A stretch of 61,147 nt of DNA, counting the filler, from Sphacelaria rigidula (taxonomy: Eukaryota): assembly GCA_964200075.2 (NCBI GenBank). It is 6 parts of 6 records of this genome, joined end to end, with 100 filler letters (N's around TTAATTAATTAA, not from the genome) between each part and the next. Parts side by side here need not be neighbours in the genome. Positions count along the whole stretch, not along the records: positions 30,627 to 40,734 come from CAXNAA020007124.1; positions 40,835 to 50,941 come from CAXNAA020007125.1; 4 more parts are not named here. One strand, 5' to 3'. Below are positions 35,301 to 47,279 of this stretch, one piece after another. The notes beneath the pieces are model-generated. The model saw only the letters and a list, made by a program, of their open reading frames with translations. It was not told where the DNA came from and ran no database searches. Made by a program: the position numbers and the translations under genes. Within the stretch, counting starts at the first letter, position 1. Each line of letters opens with the position of its first letter.

Positions 35301-37231
35301 ACGTGCGCGCTGTGGCTGTGTATGGTCCGTGTGAACCTGATGACTCGATGTCGTCCAAATCTGTTGTTCGCCAAGCGCAACGGAAAAGCATTGAGGCCGA
35401 AGATGCGGATGTGCAATCTTTCGAGTCGGACGTTGGTACTATTATCTTGGATAATAAAGGTCTGTTTCATGTGCATGTGCGTGGCCGAAAGGTGTTTCGG
35501 GTTCCGAGTTCTGACAAGCAGTTGCAGGTACGTCTGATTATTTGCACATGTGCGACGCCGGGCGTCGTTGTGTGGCTGCGACGCTCGTGCGCTTGCAAGA
35601 ATGTTGTGTTTGGCGGGGGATATAAACTCATGTGCGCGAATATATCCGCCAATATCTTCACAGTGCTGACTCGAGGGCGAGCAATGTTGTTCCCCGCCCG
35701 CTTGGTAAAACGGTCCATGGGGCCATGCCGAATGAAGTCGTTCATTTTGACTTCTTGTACGTGGGCGAGAGTGGCCTGCTAGCTTCCCAAGGTTTGTCGG
35801 AGGATGCTGGGTTCCGATAAATTTTGGTAATCATGGATGATTTGAGCAACTTCGTGTCTCTGGAACCAGTAGCAGTATGTTCTGCTGAATCGACGGCTGC
35901 ATCTTTGCTGAATTGATGCAAAACTTTGGCGGTGCCGCGCGTGTGGGTGAGTGATACCGCCACGCATTTCAAGAATGCGATCTTGGCCCGATTGCGAGAG
36001 GCTCGGCACTTTGATCACCAGTTTGCAGTGGCGTATATTCCGTGGTGTAACGGCACGTGCGAACGCATGATCAAGGAAGGAGTTCGTGCTCTTCGCTCCA
36101 TTCTTCTCGAGCAGCGTAGAGTGGTTTCCTAGTGGGTGGACGTGTTTCCTGCGGTGCAATGGGCGCTCAATACAGCGTATCGTCGTCGGTACGATAGCAC
36201 GCCGTACCACGTGATATTTGGTCGTGCTCCTCGGACGTGGTTCTCGGTGTTGGCGTCTTCGTCGGCGGGGGAATAGAATTGTGATATCTTGGATGGTGGT
36301 CAAATTAAGCGTGCGTTGCAAGGAGTCTTGGACTCGCAAGAACGTTTCCATGTTCAAGTGCAGGAGCGTGTTGCCGCTGAACGTGCGCGTAGACGTGCGG
36401 GGTCCTCGTCAGGGCTGGAATTGCCGATTTTTGAGGTAGGCGACTATGTCCTGTATGTACGCGTGCGTTGTCCGGGCGTTACGCCTAAGTTGATGGCGAC
36501 GTGGATTGGTCCGTTGAGAGTGATTGATGTTTACCACCCGCACGTGTTTGAGATCCAGGACATTGTCTCGGGTCGTGTTCAGGCCGCCCATGTAGCTTGT
36601 TTGCGTTTTCATGCAGACTTGCGGCTTAATGTTACGGCTGATGTAAAGGACGTGTTCCAGCACGCTTTCAATCAGGGGCAATTTCAGATGGCTGGTGTTG
36701 TCCGAGTGGCAGAAGCAGACAATCGTTTGTTGATCGTGTTGGTCGACTGGGTTGGTTTCGAAGTTGACGCGCGTACGTGAGGGCCTGTCGAGGATATTTT
36801 TGAGGCCGTCCCGAAATTCACACAGAGAAGTTGTGTAAATTGCGCGTGGCTGGTGCCGTTGCTGCTCGCATTAAGAGTGAATTTGGTATTCAGTTGGGAC
36901 TTGCTCATCGTTTCGGCGTTTTCTATGTGTCAAACCTATTGATCGATTTTCGTCTAACGTGCTTTGGGGGCGCTGTGACCAAATTACGCCGTTACGTTGA
37001 GTTTAGAAGTCATGACCTAGATAATGACCGGGGGCACGGGGATTCTGGAGGGTTCTGGATATTGACCGGGGACACGGGGATGATATCCTGCGGGTCTATG
37101 AGACAGTGCTCGCTAGGTCACTTCGAATAAAAGAATTTTTAAAAGACTGACAACTGAAACTGAGGCTAATGAGACTGGGGAGTCCCTCGAACAGTAGTGA
37201 TCCAGCAGTTCTTGTTCTGGCTGGCGCCACA
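32340..37231 (+). mobile_element. Ty3/gypsy chromovirus-like LTR retrotransposon, 5'-truncated and degenerate (gag C-term, PR, RT, RH, IN, chromodomain, PPT, 3' LTR)
   Basis: AVLDPGAHFTI; FGKLDLPQGYWQMPL..KVWVDDV; RNase H WATIDQKGFAIV; integrase NEVVHFDFLYVG..VWVSDTATHF..NGTCERM; GPY/F-like WIGPLRV; chromodomain VLVDWVGFEVDART*GP; many stops and frameshifts. Confidence 0.95.
36974..37231 (+). repeat. 3' LTR (258 bp) of element 2
   Basis: TGTG...CACA termini, preceded by the G-rich tract ttgggggcgc; contains AATAAA. Confidence 0.85.
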
Positions 37232-38297
37232 TGCCTCTCGAATCTCATCCGCTGATTACCATGCAGTATGTGACACTTGAACAGCAGAGGCTGCTCGCAA
37301 ATAAGTCCCTTTCCTGCCCAATATCAGAATGAATCGGCGGGAAAAATGAGGATTTATTTCGAACAGCTTCTGCTGTAAGCAAATCCCATATGCCAGTGTA
37401 TATGGCATTTGTACAGCCTTTGCTGTTCGAAATAAATCCATAAAACAACACATCATCACACCAATTCCAGAGGCGGTTGATCGTATGCACAAACTGATGA
37501 GCAGTGCTACGATAGGGGTTGCACTTTTTGTTTCCGGGCCTCGTTTTTGTAGGAGCCCAAATATATGGGGCTTACTGTGCTATCCAAATCTCCGGGGACA
37601 GGACATGGAAATGCACACAGGGGCCTTTTCGTGAATCGGCACCATTTTCAGTCTTTTTCAAGTGAAAATTATGCCGATTCTCAAAATGATCCCTGCAACA
37701 CCCCGAGGAACATTTTCGCTTCAAAAGTGCAACCCTACCGTAGCATCACTCTGATGCAGAAATTGATAAGAATATATCGCGCGGCGGACTGAGCTTGCAG
37801 GCTCTATGCCACATGTCGAAACAGCGAAACTGGAAAGCAATCGCTTCCGAAAAGAGCAATACGGCCTCCGAGCATGATGCAGAGCGGTAGTACTGAAGTA
37901 TGAAACAAAGCGATCTCAATGAAACACACCACGACTTCGGCGACACAACTCATTAAGCACTCAACACACGACACGGTCAGCGACGGCCACGCCAAATTCC
38001 TTCAACAAAAAAACATCAAGCGTCGAACGGTAGCACACGCCGTGTTGACCTTCCTTGTATCGGGATCGGTTGTGGGTGTACATAACGCGTATTCGAAAAG
38101 ATGAAACGTTCCAGAGGCGCAGGGTGAGGAACGTTCGAACCCTTGGCATGATATACCCCAAGAAAAAGTAAAACGCAATAAAAGAAGCAGAAAAGCCAAA
38201 CCAAAACACAAATATATGCGCGCAAATACACACCCATACACACGCAGTCAAAGCGGGGCCTACCGTACATACCAAACACACCGGTATCCACCCTGGG

Positions 38298-38314
38298 GCT
38301 GTTGCTGCTGCTGC

Positions 38315-38345
<31 letters not shown>

Positions 38346-38346
38346 G
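38298..38346 (+). repeat. (GCT)n(GTT)n compound microsatellite
   Basis: Seen directly. Confidence 0.95.
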
Positions 38347-38557
38347 GCTTTACATTGCAAATCGTTCTGATTTCCGCGTAGTGCTCTGTACTGGGCATCT
38401 CATGCGGACGCCTCTCGTGGTCACAGGCTAACTACCCCCAAGCTGAGGTAAGTTTTATATCATAAAGTAGATCGGACCCAGGAACAATTCATGCAGACTA
38501 GATACAAAAGAAATAAGAAACAAATCAAATGAAAAATACTAGGAAATAAAGAAAAAA

Positions 38558-38810
38558 TGACACTTTCTACGATAGTCCCCTCCAAAAACTAGCCCAAAAG
38601 TGTCCCGGAAAAAGTGGACGCGTACAGCGCCTGGTGTTTGGGTACAGGCTGCATGAAGCGCCTCATGTGGGCGACATTGGCGAGGACGAACCCAACCATG
38701 AGAATTCTCAGCTTCTCGTTGGGCTCGGCTTCTTCCATTTCGATTTACGTGGAGATTTTGCCTCCCCAAACCAGGCACTTTTTAGAGGAGGGCTATCGCA
38801 GATAATGTCA
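38558..38810 (+). mobile_element. MITE family E, copy 2 (253 bp)
   Basis: tgacactttctacgatagtcccctcc ... ggagggctatcgcagataatgtca inverted termini. Confidence 0.85.
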
Positions 38811-39259
38811 AAGAGGAAAGAAAAAGGACTGCTGCTAGCCCTCCAAGTTCCGATGTCATATGGGATCATTCGGGCTGCTGGAGGCAGGGCCCATTGACCC
38901 ACTCAACACGCAAAACCGAACAGGAAGGGAGCCAAGCTCGAGAGCAACGATCATCAGACAAAGCGATACGAGTCACAGGGTTCTGACCTTGTACCTCTAG
39001 AGCGATAGCTATGCGTACGAATATACTATACCCATGACAGGAAGAGCACCACATAACAACACATGGGGATGCAGAGAAAATACTTGGGCGACAAAGACAG
39101 CACGGGGCCTGCCGTACATACAACACATGCCAGCCTCCACCCTGGCGATGCAGAGAAATATCATAGCTCCAACGACAACACAAGGCGCCAGTCAAGCAAA
39201 ACGGGGGACACCCAAAGTAAACGGGAACACAGAAATGGATTCACAGATATGCTTCTTGT

Positions 39260-40250
39260 GTACCCCCTGCATTGTCAGGATTGTGGGGGACAGCTTTGTC
39301 GATGTCGCCTTCGTCGTGCTCGGAGGTGCCAAGATCCTCGGCGGTCGGTCGGCACCTCAGTAAAGTAGTCGTCGTCCAAACGGATTTTCAAGGGCCCCGG
39401 GTCATCTAGAGAACGAATAGAGTAGGAGTTGCCCGATGCAGGATGAACCAAGTAAATCTTTCCCATCGATATCGCGAGTCCAAAGTCTTGTAGCGCAAGT
39501 ACGCGTCCTTCGGCAATCGCTTTCTGCAAGAAGGATCCATATATATTGCAAACACGATTCAGGGCTATAGCCTGCGATGGCGAACCGCGCAGAGTGTCTC
39601 CGTTCCAGTTTCCGAGCACTTCGTGACCTGTATCTTGTATTTAAGAACGGTATTGTACGGCATCTCCTACCCAATACGGTGGTGTTTTTACCGCATATTT
39701 GGTCAGACATACTGACTGAGCCCCAGTTGCAGTTGTTTGGATGTATTCTTATGATCTCTCCGTGGCTCTTCTCCCGGCCTCAACCCCGAGCGCTGAGGCC
39801 GGGTTCAGCCCGCTGACGGCAGCGGCCCGAGGAAAGACCCATCATTTTGGCTAGTACAGAGAATCAGAGACACTATCAAACTCCTACGTACGTACCACGT
39901 CCGTGTGGATGGGTGTCTCCCACTATCAAAGTACCCTCGCACGCGCAAGCTATATGTTGTTTATCACCCGTGATACAGTCGATACCCTCCCCCAGTGGTA
40001 GACCCGAACCACCGAGGCCGGGTTTAGGCCAGCTAAGGCAACGACCCCTGGAAGGCTACAACATTTGGCATGTGCGGAGAGTAGCTTCTATTGTCTCAAT
40101 GCTCCGCGCCCACAGTGGTGTGGGATTGGATGCCCATCACGCTGGCATTAATGACTGCACCATACGGTGGTCACCACCCGTAAAGGTTCTGTTACATAGC
40201 GATGATATCGGAACACGTCCTACCCCTGCCGGCAGGGGCCGCTGATCCGA
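39260..40250 (-). pseudogene. Decayed coding sequence of unknown family
   Basis: Protein-like text across frameshifts (PPYWVGDAVQYR..AIALNRVCNIYGSFLQKAIAEGRVLALQDFGLAISMGKIYLVHP..GPLKIRLDDDYFTEVP). Confidence 0.35.
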
Positions 40251-40734
40251 CTAATCATCGCCACCGCCGAAAAAATCGTTGCCGTAGCTGTGAGAGCAGA
40301 CAGCGGCGTGCGTGTAAGCAAAATGATCGATTTGGTGGAGGTCGACGTCCGTGGGGCTCGTTAAACCCCGCGCAGCAGCGAAGAGGCATGGACTAGGGTA
40401 GGCGGAAGAGTGCGTGTAAGCAGAGAATATCCCACAAAAGCTGAATCAAACACCAACAGGGTACTCGTAGGGACATAGCAAAACGAAGGAAGAGACGGAG
40501 GGAAATACCAACTCGGCGAGCAGCCAAGGCTCAGACTCGCGCCAACTCCACACCGCAAGGGCGAAATCTCGATCCAAAGAGCTGGTGGTGATGGCCTAGA
40601 ATTTGGCGAGCAGGCGGGGCGACCGACACGGGCTGCGACTGGGGGGGGGCGGGGGGGTAGACAGCGGAAGGGTGAGGAGGGGGGAGTTGGTCATCATCAC
40701 CAGTCGTTACCGTGCGCTACTCGCGGCATCAATG

Positions 40735-40834
40735 NNNNNNNNNNNNNNNNNNNNNNNNNNNNNNNNNNNNNNNNNNNNTTAATTAATTAANNNNNNNNNN
40801 NNNNNNNNNNNNNNNNNNNNNNNNNNNNNNNNNN
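40735..40834. other. Artificial contig linker
   Basis: N44-TTAATTAATTAA-N44. Confidence 0.99.
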
Positions 40835-41644
40835 ACACAAAGGACACGGGCGAGGAGCTTCCTCTCTGTCGTTGCTTTTCTCTCTGGTGATATCGTCATC
40901 GACACCCGTGTACACCGCATTCCTTAGGTGCACCTAGCCACAGCTGCTCGACTGCTGCAGACATTTGGGGGGGAAGATGGCTTCGCTCGGTCGAAAGTGT
41001 TTCGCGTCTTCCCTGCAAAAGAGAAATGCCACTCCAACCCCATATTTTGTATCAACCCCATTTTCTAGGATTCACTGTTATATCCCGAAAGGGGTAGACC
41101 GGCGCCCAGAATAATCGGGACGACAACACATACTCGCATGATGAGCAGGTCGCTACTGTATACACACTCTTTTGCTCTCTGTTTTTTTTGCTGGTTCTTG
41201 CATACTAAAGTGTGCATAACCTTTGATATGCTTGCAAGTTGTCTCACAATAATACCGTTGCTGCTTGGGCTTCTTCCCCACCCGAGATGGTATATGATAC
41301 TGATATTTTCGTCTGTGAGTACTTTCCAATAGCACCACTGGAAGAAAAGAAGAAAAAAACGGATGGTCTACCATTGCTCCTGCATGTATGGCAGCCTTTA
41401 CTCAGGACCATGATGATCATCCAGCGGATGCACGCCCCTGGGAACTCTCGGGGTTGAAAACACAAATCAAACAGTCAAACATAACATACTTGAAAAAACA
41501 CTCTTCTTTTTCAGGTACACCAGTGGTACATTGTGTTGCCATGCCCTCTATTTTGTGCGCCAGCAGTCTGCACCTTTTGGTATATGTGGGGGCATCAACC
41601 GCGATCAGATTAGAGGAAGGTCAATACATGAGTTTTTCTATTTA

Positions 41645-41890
41645 GTCTTTGTACCCCACCTTCCTTCTACGGTGTTTTCCTTCGTTTTCATCGCGAAAGG
41701 GGTTCGGCGGTCTCCCTCCCCCGTCGACCACCGTGGAGTCAATATTTTGTGTACCCACGCCGCACATGGTCGTGCCCCACTGTTGGCATGGTGTGAGAAA
41801 AAATCCCAGAACGTGTGACGTCAAGGAGATTCAACACCCGACCCAACCGTCTTGAGTTTCGAGGTTACCAACTAAGCCACCGGAGCGACT
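41645..41890 (-). mobile_element. tRNA-derived SINE-like element
   Basis: Minus strand gtcgctccggTGGCTTAGTTGGtaacc...gggtGTTGAATCtcc gives a Pol III A box and degenerate B box, followed by a ~170-bp body; no complete cloverleaf. Confidence 0.6.
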
Positions 41891-44777
41891 GACGCAGTCC
41901 GTGTGCTCCTTGTCTCGAAAGTTGGGGTACCCATGGGCAACACGTTGTCTGGGTACAACCGTGTTTGTGAGGATATAGTGTAGTCGGGTTTGTTGAAAAG
42001 ATAAAACGAAGACGAAGCCAGAGAAAAAAAGGGGGGCGGGGGTTCTGTTCCTTCGCCTAAAATGGGTTCAAATATACACCCTAGTTTGGACTAATTTGGG
42101 AATATTTTTGAGAATGTTTTCGAAAATTCTCGAAAAAATCTCAAAAGCGTCCAGATTTAGTACTTCACCTGCCGACAACACCATTCTTGCAATGGACTCG
42201 CCCCCCAGCACACCCCAACCTCGCAAACGGGGCGCCATGATATCGGTTGGTGGTCGCTACGCAAAGGCGGTAGAGACTGCGATGGTCATGCAGTCAGTCC
42301 CGTGGGAAAGGCGTGAAATACTGCCTTCTTTGCGCCGACTGATTTTTTTTCGGCCATTCGGCCGCATGGTTCAAGCACTTGCTGAGAAAAAGACATGTTT
42401 TTTACTGCAAATACACCCGACTATTTCGACCAAAAAATGAAAAACAGATCGGACATGGTTGAGGGCCCGTACAAAGAGCTGGGTACCCTAACTCATGAGA
42501 CAGAGGAAGGATTTCAACACTTAGGGCACTGTTCACCATCGATTAGTTGCCATCACACGTCTTCTCGTCAACATTTTACAACAAAAATCACATCACGGCG
42601 ACGCTATTCATCCCCACGCGCTCCCGCTCATGACATGCCGGCATTTTGTACCTGCGCCGCACGTGTACCTACATACGATGAGCAACAACCCTATCCAATC
42701 CGTCTGTCTCTTCAAGCCTTCCATATTCTCACCCACACTTCTACTACTCATCTCTACGACAGTCAAGAGCTAATTACTCTTCTTCAACATTACGTACAGA
42801 CGGACCTTAATCGGTGACCGCCACCCACGCGCTTGAGTAGGGGGTGCTCACGACGCTACTCTTACCCATGTGACCACCTTTCCGCGGCACTCGATATCAA
42901 CACGCCTACACTTTTCATTTCATTTCCATCTGTAATTTTTCCACTGAAAAAAAAAAAGTTCACCACACCTGGGCAAAAGATTATACTGTAAAAAAATGTA
43001 CCTCGTACAGTATGGAATCTAAATGTCTGCTGCAGTACGCGCAATAGTTGATACTGTATGCAGTACACTTTTTGGCGGTGTAATCTTTGGTCCAGGGTGT
43101 GAAGTTGACGTGAAAAATACAACAACAACACACTCGACATACCTCACGCACACACGTACATTTCCCACGCGACGTCAAGTACAAACAAAAACTAGAGTAC
43201 AGCACAATGGAGCATCTTCGATAGATCGATGCATGAGCCATCCCATTCGCAACTGTCTCTGTTCCTGCGATCAAAAAGATATGAGTGCGACCACCGCGTA
43301 CGCCTCTAACGTGGCCGGGTAGAATCAACTTCATCGGCAGCACAACTCCCCTCTCACAAAAAAAGACGGTGCTTCGTCTCGAAAGAAATGCGTGGTGGAT
43401 GGTCAAACGACTACGGCAAGCAACAAATGAGTAGCCCCCCCTTTAAAAAACATACCCAGAAATGTCTCTATTTCACGAGGTGTTATCAACCCCCCTCCCC
43501 CTCCCCCACGCGCGAGGCCAACGGTCTTATGACTATCGCATGCATAATCCATGAGTACCCCCCTTCCCCCCCACCGTCAAGCCTGGTTCGGCAAAAACCC
43601 GGCGTGCGCCGCCCTGGCTTTGTAGGGATGCGAGGTCGATGGTCTCTTCACTACGGATTAAGGCATGCGATTTCATTAGTTCAACCCCTCCACCCTCCCC
43701 TCCCACAACTCCAAGTACCCTTTCTCGCCACTAACTTCACACTCATCTCTCCTCGTTCGCTGACGTCGGCGCTCAATGTGTCTGAAAGACCGATCATATC
43801 CCGCTCAAGTATGTTCAACTCTGCTCTCAACCCGTGGAATCATTGGCACCCATTGTATCATCAATCGACCTAGGGTACAAGCACCATTGAACTCGACTCA
43901 GCATGCTTACCGATGTACATTCCAAAGTCGCTGCGCGTACGGAGTCAAGCGATCTCGACTCCACATAAGTACACAGCCTGGTGGCCTATCAGTGATTACA
44001 TATAATGGGCAATTCGCCACCTCGAATAGAGATGCTCGCTGTACTATCCATTCCCGTTGCACGGGGTCCTGGAGGTGAGCTGAGAACCGAAGTTTGAATA
44101 CGATCCCAAGATATACCAAAAACAGTATCCACAGCACGAAACAGCACTTCAAGCCGTCCATCCACTTTCGAAGAATAAAAAAAAAAACTCTTCATGTTCA
44201 CAAAAAGTAGAAGAGAAAAACGAATAACGAATATAAGGCCAGTCAATGAACCGCGCACAATCCTGGCGGACAACATAGCGTTCATCGTTCCAAGTACGCC
44301 ATGTTCGACGCCACTTTCGCAGTGAACCCCCCTCAGTCGTGACTGCACACGCAAACCAGCCCTTAGACTACAAAGTTTAATCTCTATTAACAAGGCAGGA
44401 AATGTCAGCTGTCTTTCACAGGAAGCTAAAATAACACCCATACGTCACAGTGAAAAACAACGACATTAGCGTGCACATGCTTTCGTGAATATCTGAAAAA
44501 ATATGAGTCACTGCTGACGGTATCTGACGGGCGCAATGCAACAAAGCACAAGTCACAAAATCTTTAGAAAAAACATCTCTAGAGAAATATACGACACGTC
44601 ATAACTCCATCCGTATCATCCAAGAGCGCACAGCCCCAACAATACGCCATGACCTTGTAACGGGACGGAACGACTGCCCCCCCCCCCCCCCCACCCCCCC
44701 CCCCCCCCAAAAAAAAACAAAGAAAGACAGAAGGACAAAAAAGCACAAAACGTGCAAGAGCAATACAGTGACAGAAC

Positions 44778-46319
44778 TCAAAGAAACGAAACGACATTCC
44801 GGAAGATGCCTTCCTGGCAAACTGTAGCACTCCACCGGCCGAAATCATACAGGACATTTACATTTGCTTCTGCTGCTTTCTCTCCCGCTCCTTCTCCTGT
44901 TCCTCCTTCCTCCACTCTTGCTTTCGCACGCAAAACGCTCTGCCGCGTCACAACACGCCGCCGTATCGCTCCCCTCTTCTCCACTACTGCCGTCGAGCCC
45001 GCTGCATCTGTCGCTGGGTCCCGTCCGTCGACATCCTCCTTGAGCAGCAGCATGGCCACATCGCTGGGCTCGCGATCTCTCACAACCTCATATGGTGGTC
45101 CGACGTGTTTTCTCTTGGACACACCGCCGAGCTGCTGCCGACGCTGCTGCGGCGGCCCATCACCGCCACCATGCCACACCGATATTCGCACATTGTCGTC
45201 GCTACCACCCTCTCGATGCTGGTCGGTACCCGACGCTCCCGCGGCGACCGCAGTATGTACCTGCAGCAGCTTCGCCGCACGACGTCGCAGCATCACCAAC
45301 CAGCCCCGCCGCTGCCAGGCACGATCGGCAGGCGCCCGCTCGAGCATCGTGCCGATCTGATGTGCCAAGGACTGCACCACCGACACCTCCTCGGGCGATG
45401 TGAGGCGCTCGCTGTAAAACTTGCGGGCCTCCCCGAGGGACTCGAGCATTGTCTCGCCATCTTTGACTGTCCCAGTCTCGTCAGCGCCGTGGCGCAGGAG
45501 GGCCCTCACGGCGTCGGGGAAGAGTTCCGTCACAGCCACACGCAGCGGCGTGTAGCCGCCCGCATTCTTGGCTTCCTTGTCCGCCCCAGCCATGAGCAAT
45601 CGGGATATCACGGCGACATGATTGAAAGGAGGGTTTTTCACGCGCCGCCAACCAGTGAGATCTCGGCGGATCGCCCGGCTGCTGGAGGCGTAATGCAGCG
45701 GCGTGGACCCTTCCGAGTTTCGTGCGTCGTGGCCAGCGGTTGCCGCGCCCGACTGGCCTCGACACTTGAGCAGCTCGAAGGTGGCCTCCTCGTCCCCCAT
45801 GACGCTCGCCATGTGCAGCGGCGTGCTTCCCTCGCTGTTTCGGACTTCCGGAGATGCGCCCCTCCTGCACAATAGCCGGATGGTTTCGTGGTCTGACTTG
45901 AGCGCTGCGAAGTGCAGGGGAGTCATACCCAGCTCGTCCTTCTCCGGTAAGTCCACGTCCGCCGCGGAGCCTGCGTCGAGCATCATTTCCACGGCGCGGC
46001 CGCCCGCCCCAAAAGCGGCCGCACAGAGCAGCGTGCGCTGGCCGAGTGAGCCGTAGCCCGCGGTGCAGTCTGCCCCAGCTTCGATGAGCTTCTTGGCGAG
46101 TTGTGTCTGGCCGCTCATGAGGGCGTGCTCCAGCGGCACCCGGAGCCACTCGCCCCAAACGTTGGCGCCTGCGCTGAGCACCGCGCCCAGCACGAGGTCA
46201 CCCCAGCCAAGCAGTGCTCGCCTTTTGCTCATCTCATCGCACTCGCTCTCGAGCATGTTGATTTTTATGTACTTACGTACAAGTGCTCTATACTGCCCCC
46301 TTTGCTTGCTTGATGTCAC
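44778..46319 (-). CDS. Ankyrin-repeat protein, single exon (brown-algal expanded family); listed start is GTG, first in-frame ATG ~46256
   Basis: GMTPLHFAA, GSTPLHMAS, GSTPLHYAS, GYTPLRVAV; N-terminal WGEWLRVPLEHA; C-terminal RAPADRAWQRRGWLVMLR...EGIFRNVVSFL; uninterrupted 513-codon GC-rich ORF. Confidence 0.9.
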   Translation of the reverse strand: MTSSKQRGQYRALVRKYIKINMLESECDEMSKRRALLGWGDLVLGAVLSAGANVWGEWLRVPLEHALMSGQTQLAKKLIEAGADCTAGYGSLGQRTLLCAAAFGAGGRAVEMMLDAGSAADVDLPEKDELGMTPLHFAALKSDHETIRLLCRRGASPEVRNSEGSTPLHMASVMGDEEATFELLKCRGQSGAATAGHDARNSEGSTPLHYASSSRAIRRDLTGWRRVKNPPFNHVAVISRLLMAGADKEAKNAGGYTPLRVAVTELFPDAVRALLRHGADETGTVKDGETMLESLGEARKFYSERLTSPEEVSVVQSLAHQIGTMLERAPADRAWQRRGWLVMLRRRAAKLLQVHTAVAAGASGTDQHREGGSDDNVRISVWHGGGDGPPQQRRQQLGGVSKRKHVGPPYEVVRDREPSDVAMLLLKEDVDGRDPATDAAGSTAVVEKRGAIRRRVVTRQSVLRAKARVEEGGTGEGAGEKAAEANVNVLYDFGRWSATVCQEGIFRNVVSFL

Positions 46320-47279
46320 GTACCGCCAGAATCTTTTGATGATGCAGGAAGGAATGACGGGCTTAATCCACGGCTGGACCGATGTACGTCGATCTGCGAA
46401 CGGTCATGTGTCGTCGACCGGGTGTTGGTCGGGGAAGGGAGCAAGGGGTGCGGCTTCAGTCATGAAACGGGGGTATTTGGAGTAGAACGATAACGGTATG
46501 CACTCCAGCATCCAATGGAAGGTTGCGGAGGCCTCGGCTTTGGCGCACGTCACAGGATACCAATGAGTTCACTAGTGTGTGATCATCAAGCGCACGTCGA
46601 GATAGAGTACCTCAACCTCATCGGCCAACCGGGACATATTCGGTGCCGTGCCTAGCATTAACCTGATCTCGCTTTGGAAGACACCGTCATGCGAAGAAGT
46701 TATTCCAGTTAGGTGAAACACCAAATGGACCGCCGGTCATCCGGTCATCATTAACCGTTTTATTCTGACGTAAAGGGTAACAGCATGGATGAAAACATAA
46801 CGGTGGCGACTTCAATTCAAGGCGGTCCTTTCGTAGGTACGGATCGAATTATGAAAGTACTAAGACTAACTTGAAGTTATTTACTTTGAAATATTTCACC
46901 AGGCCAGTCCCTCTGCGCTACATAAGCCATTATATAGGACGAACTTGAGTTCAGGGTACACTCCGTCACACATGATCTTGTCGGCGTTCTGGGGCATACG
47001 GCTGCAGTACAGTACCGCGCGATGGCGAGATGGTATCTAAGACAACGACGGCCTCACAAGCTATGCGTTGTCGTTTTGTATACGGGTTGATGTACCCAAC
47101 GTTCCCTTAGAGCGTCGCCGTGCCCGCAGTATGGTTGCGGTGGCCGGGGTTGGCGTTTCAGTCTTCATTTATGCTCAGCTTGCTGCTGCATCCGTAACAG
47201 CTTTGGATACGGGACCAGAGACAAAGTCATTCTACCGTCGTCGTTGAATGTTGTGTACCGTACTCCCAGAAACATGGTG

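Noticed and set aside
33900..36800. RIP- or APOBEC-like directional hypermutation in element 2
   Set aside because: Stops appear to arise from mixed substitution types, and no consensus is available to test for bias
44752..46485. Plus-strand and alternate-frame ORFs overlapping the ankyrin gene
   Set aside because: Shadow ORFs of a GC-rich coding sequence
47131..47247. Signal-peptide-like short ORF (MVAVAGVGVSVFIYAQLAAASVTA) as first exon of the FBT transporter
   Set aside because: It lies on a different contig across an artificial linker and ends in a stop without a clear donor
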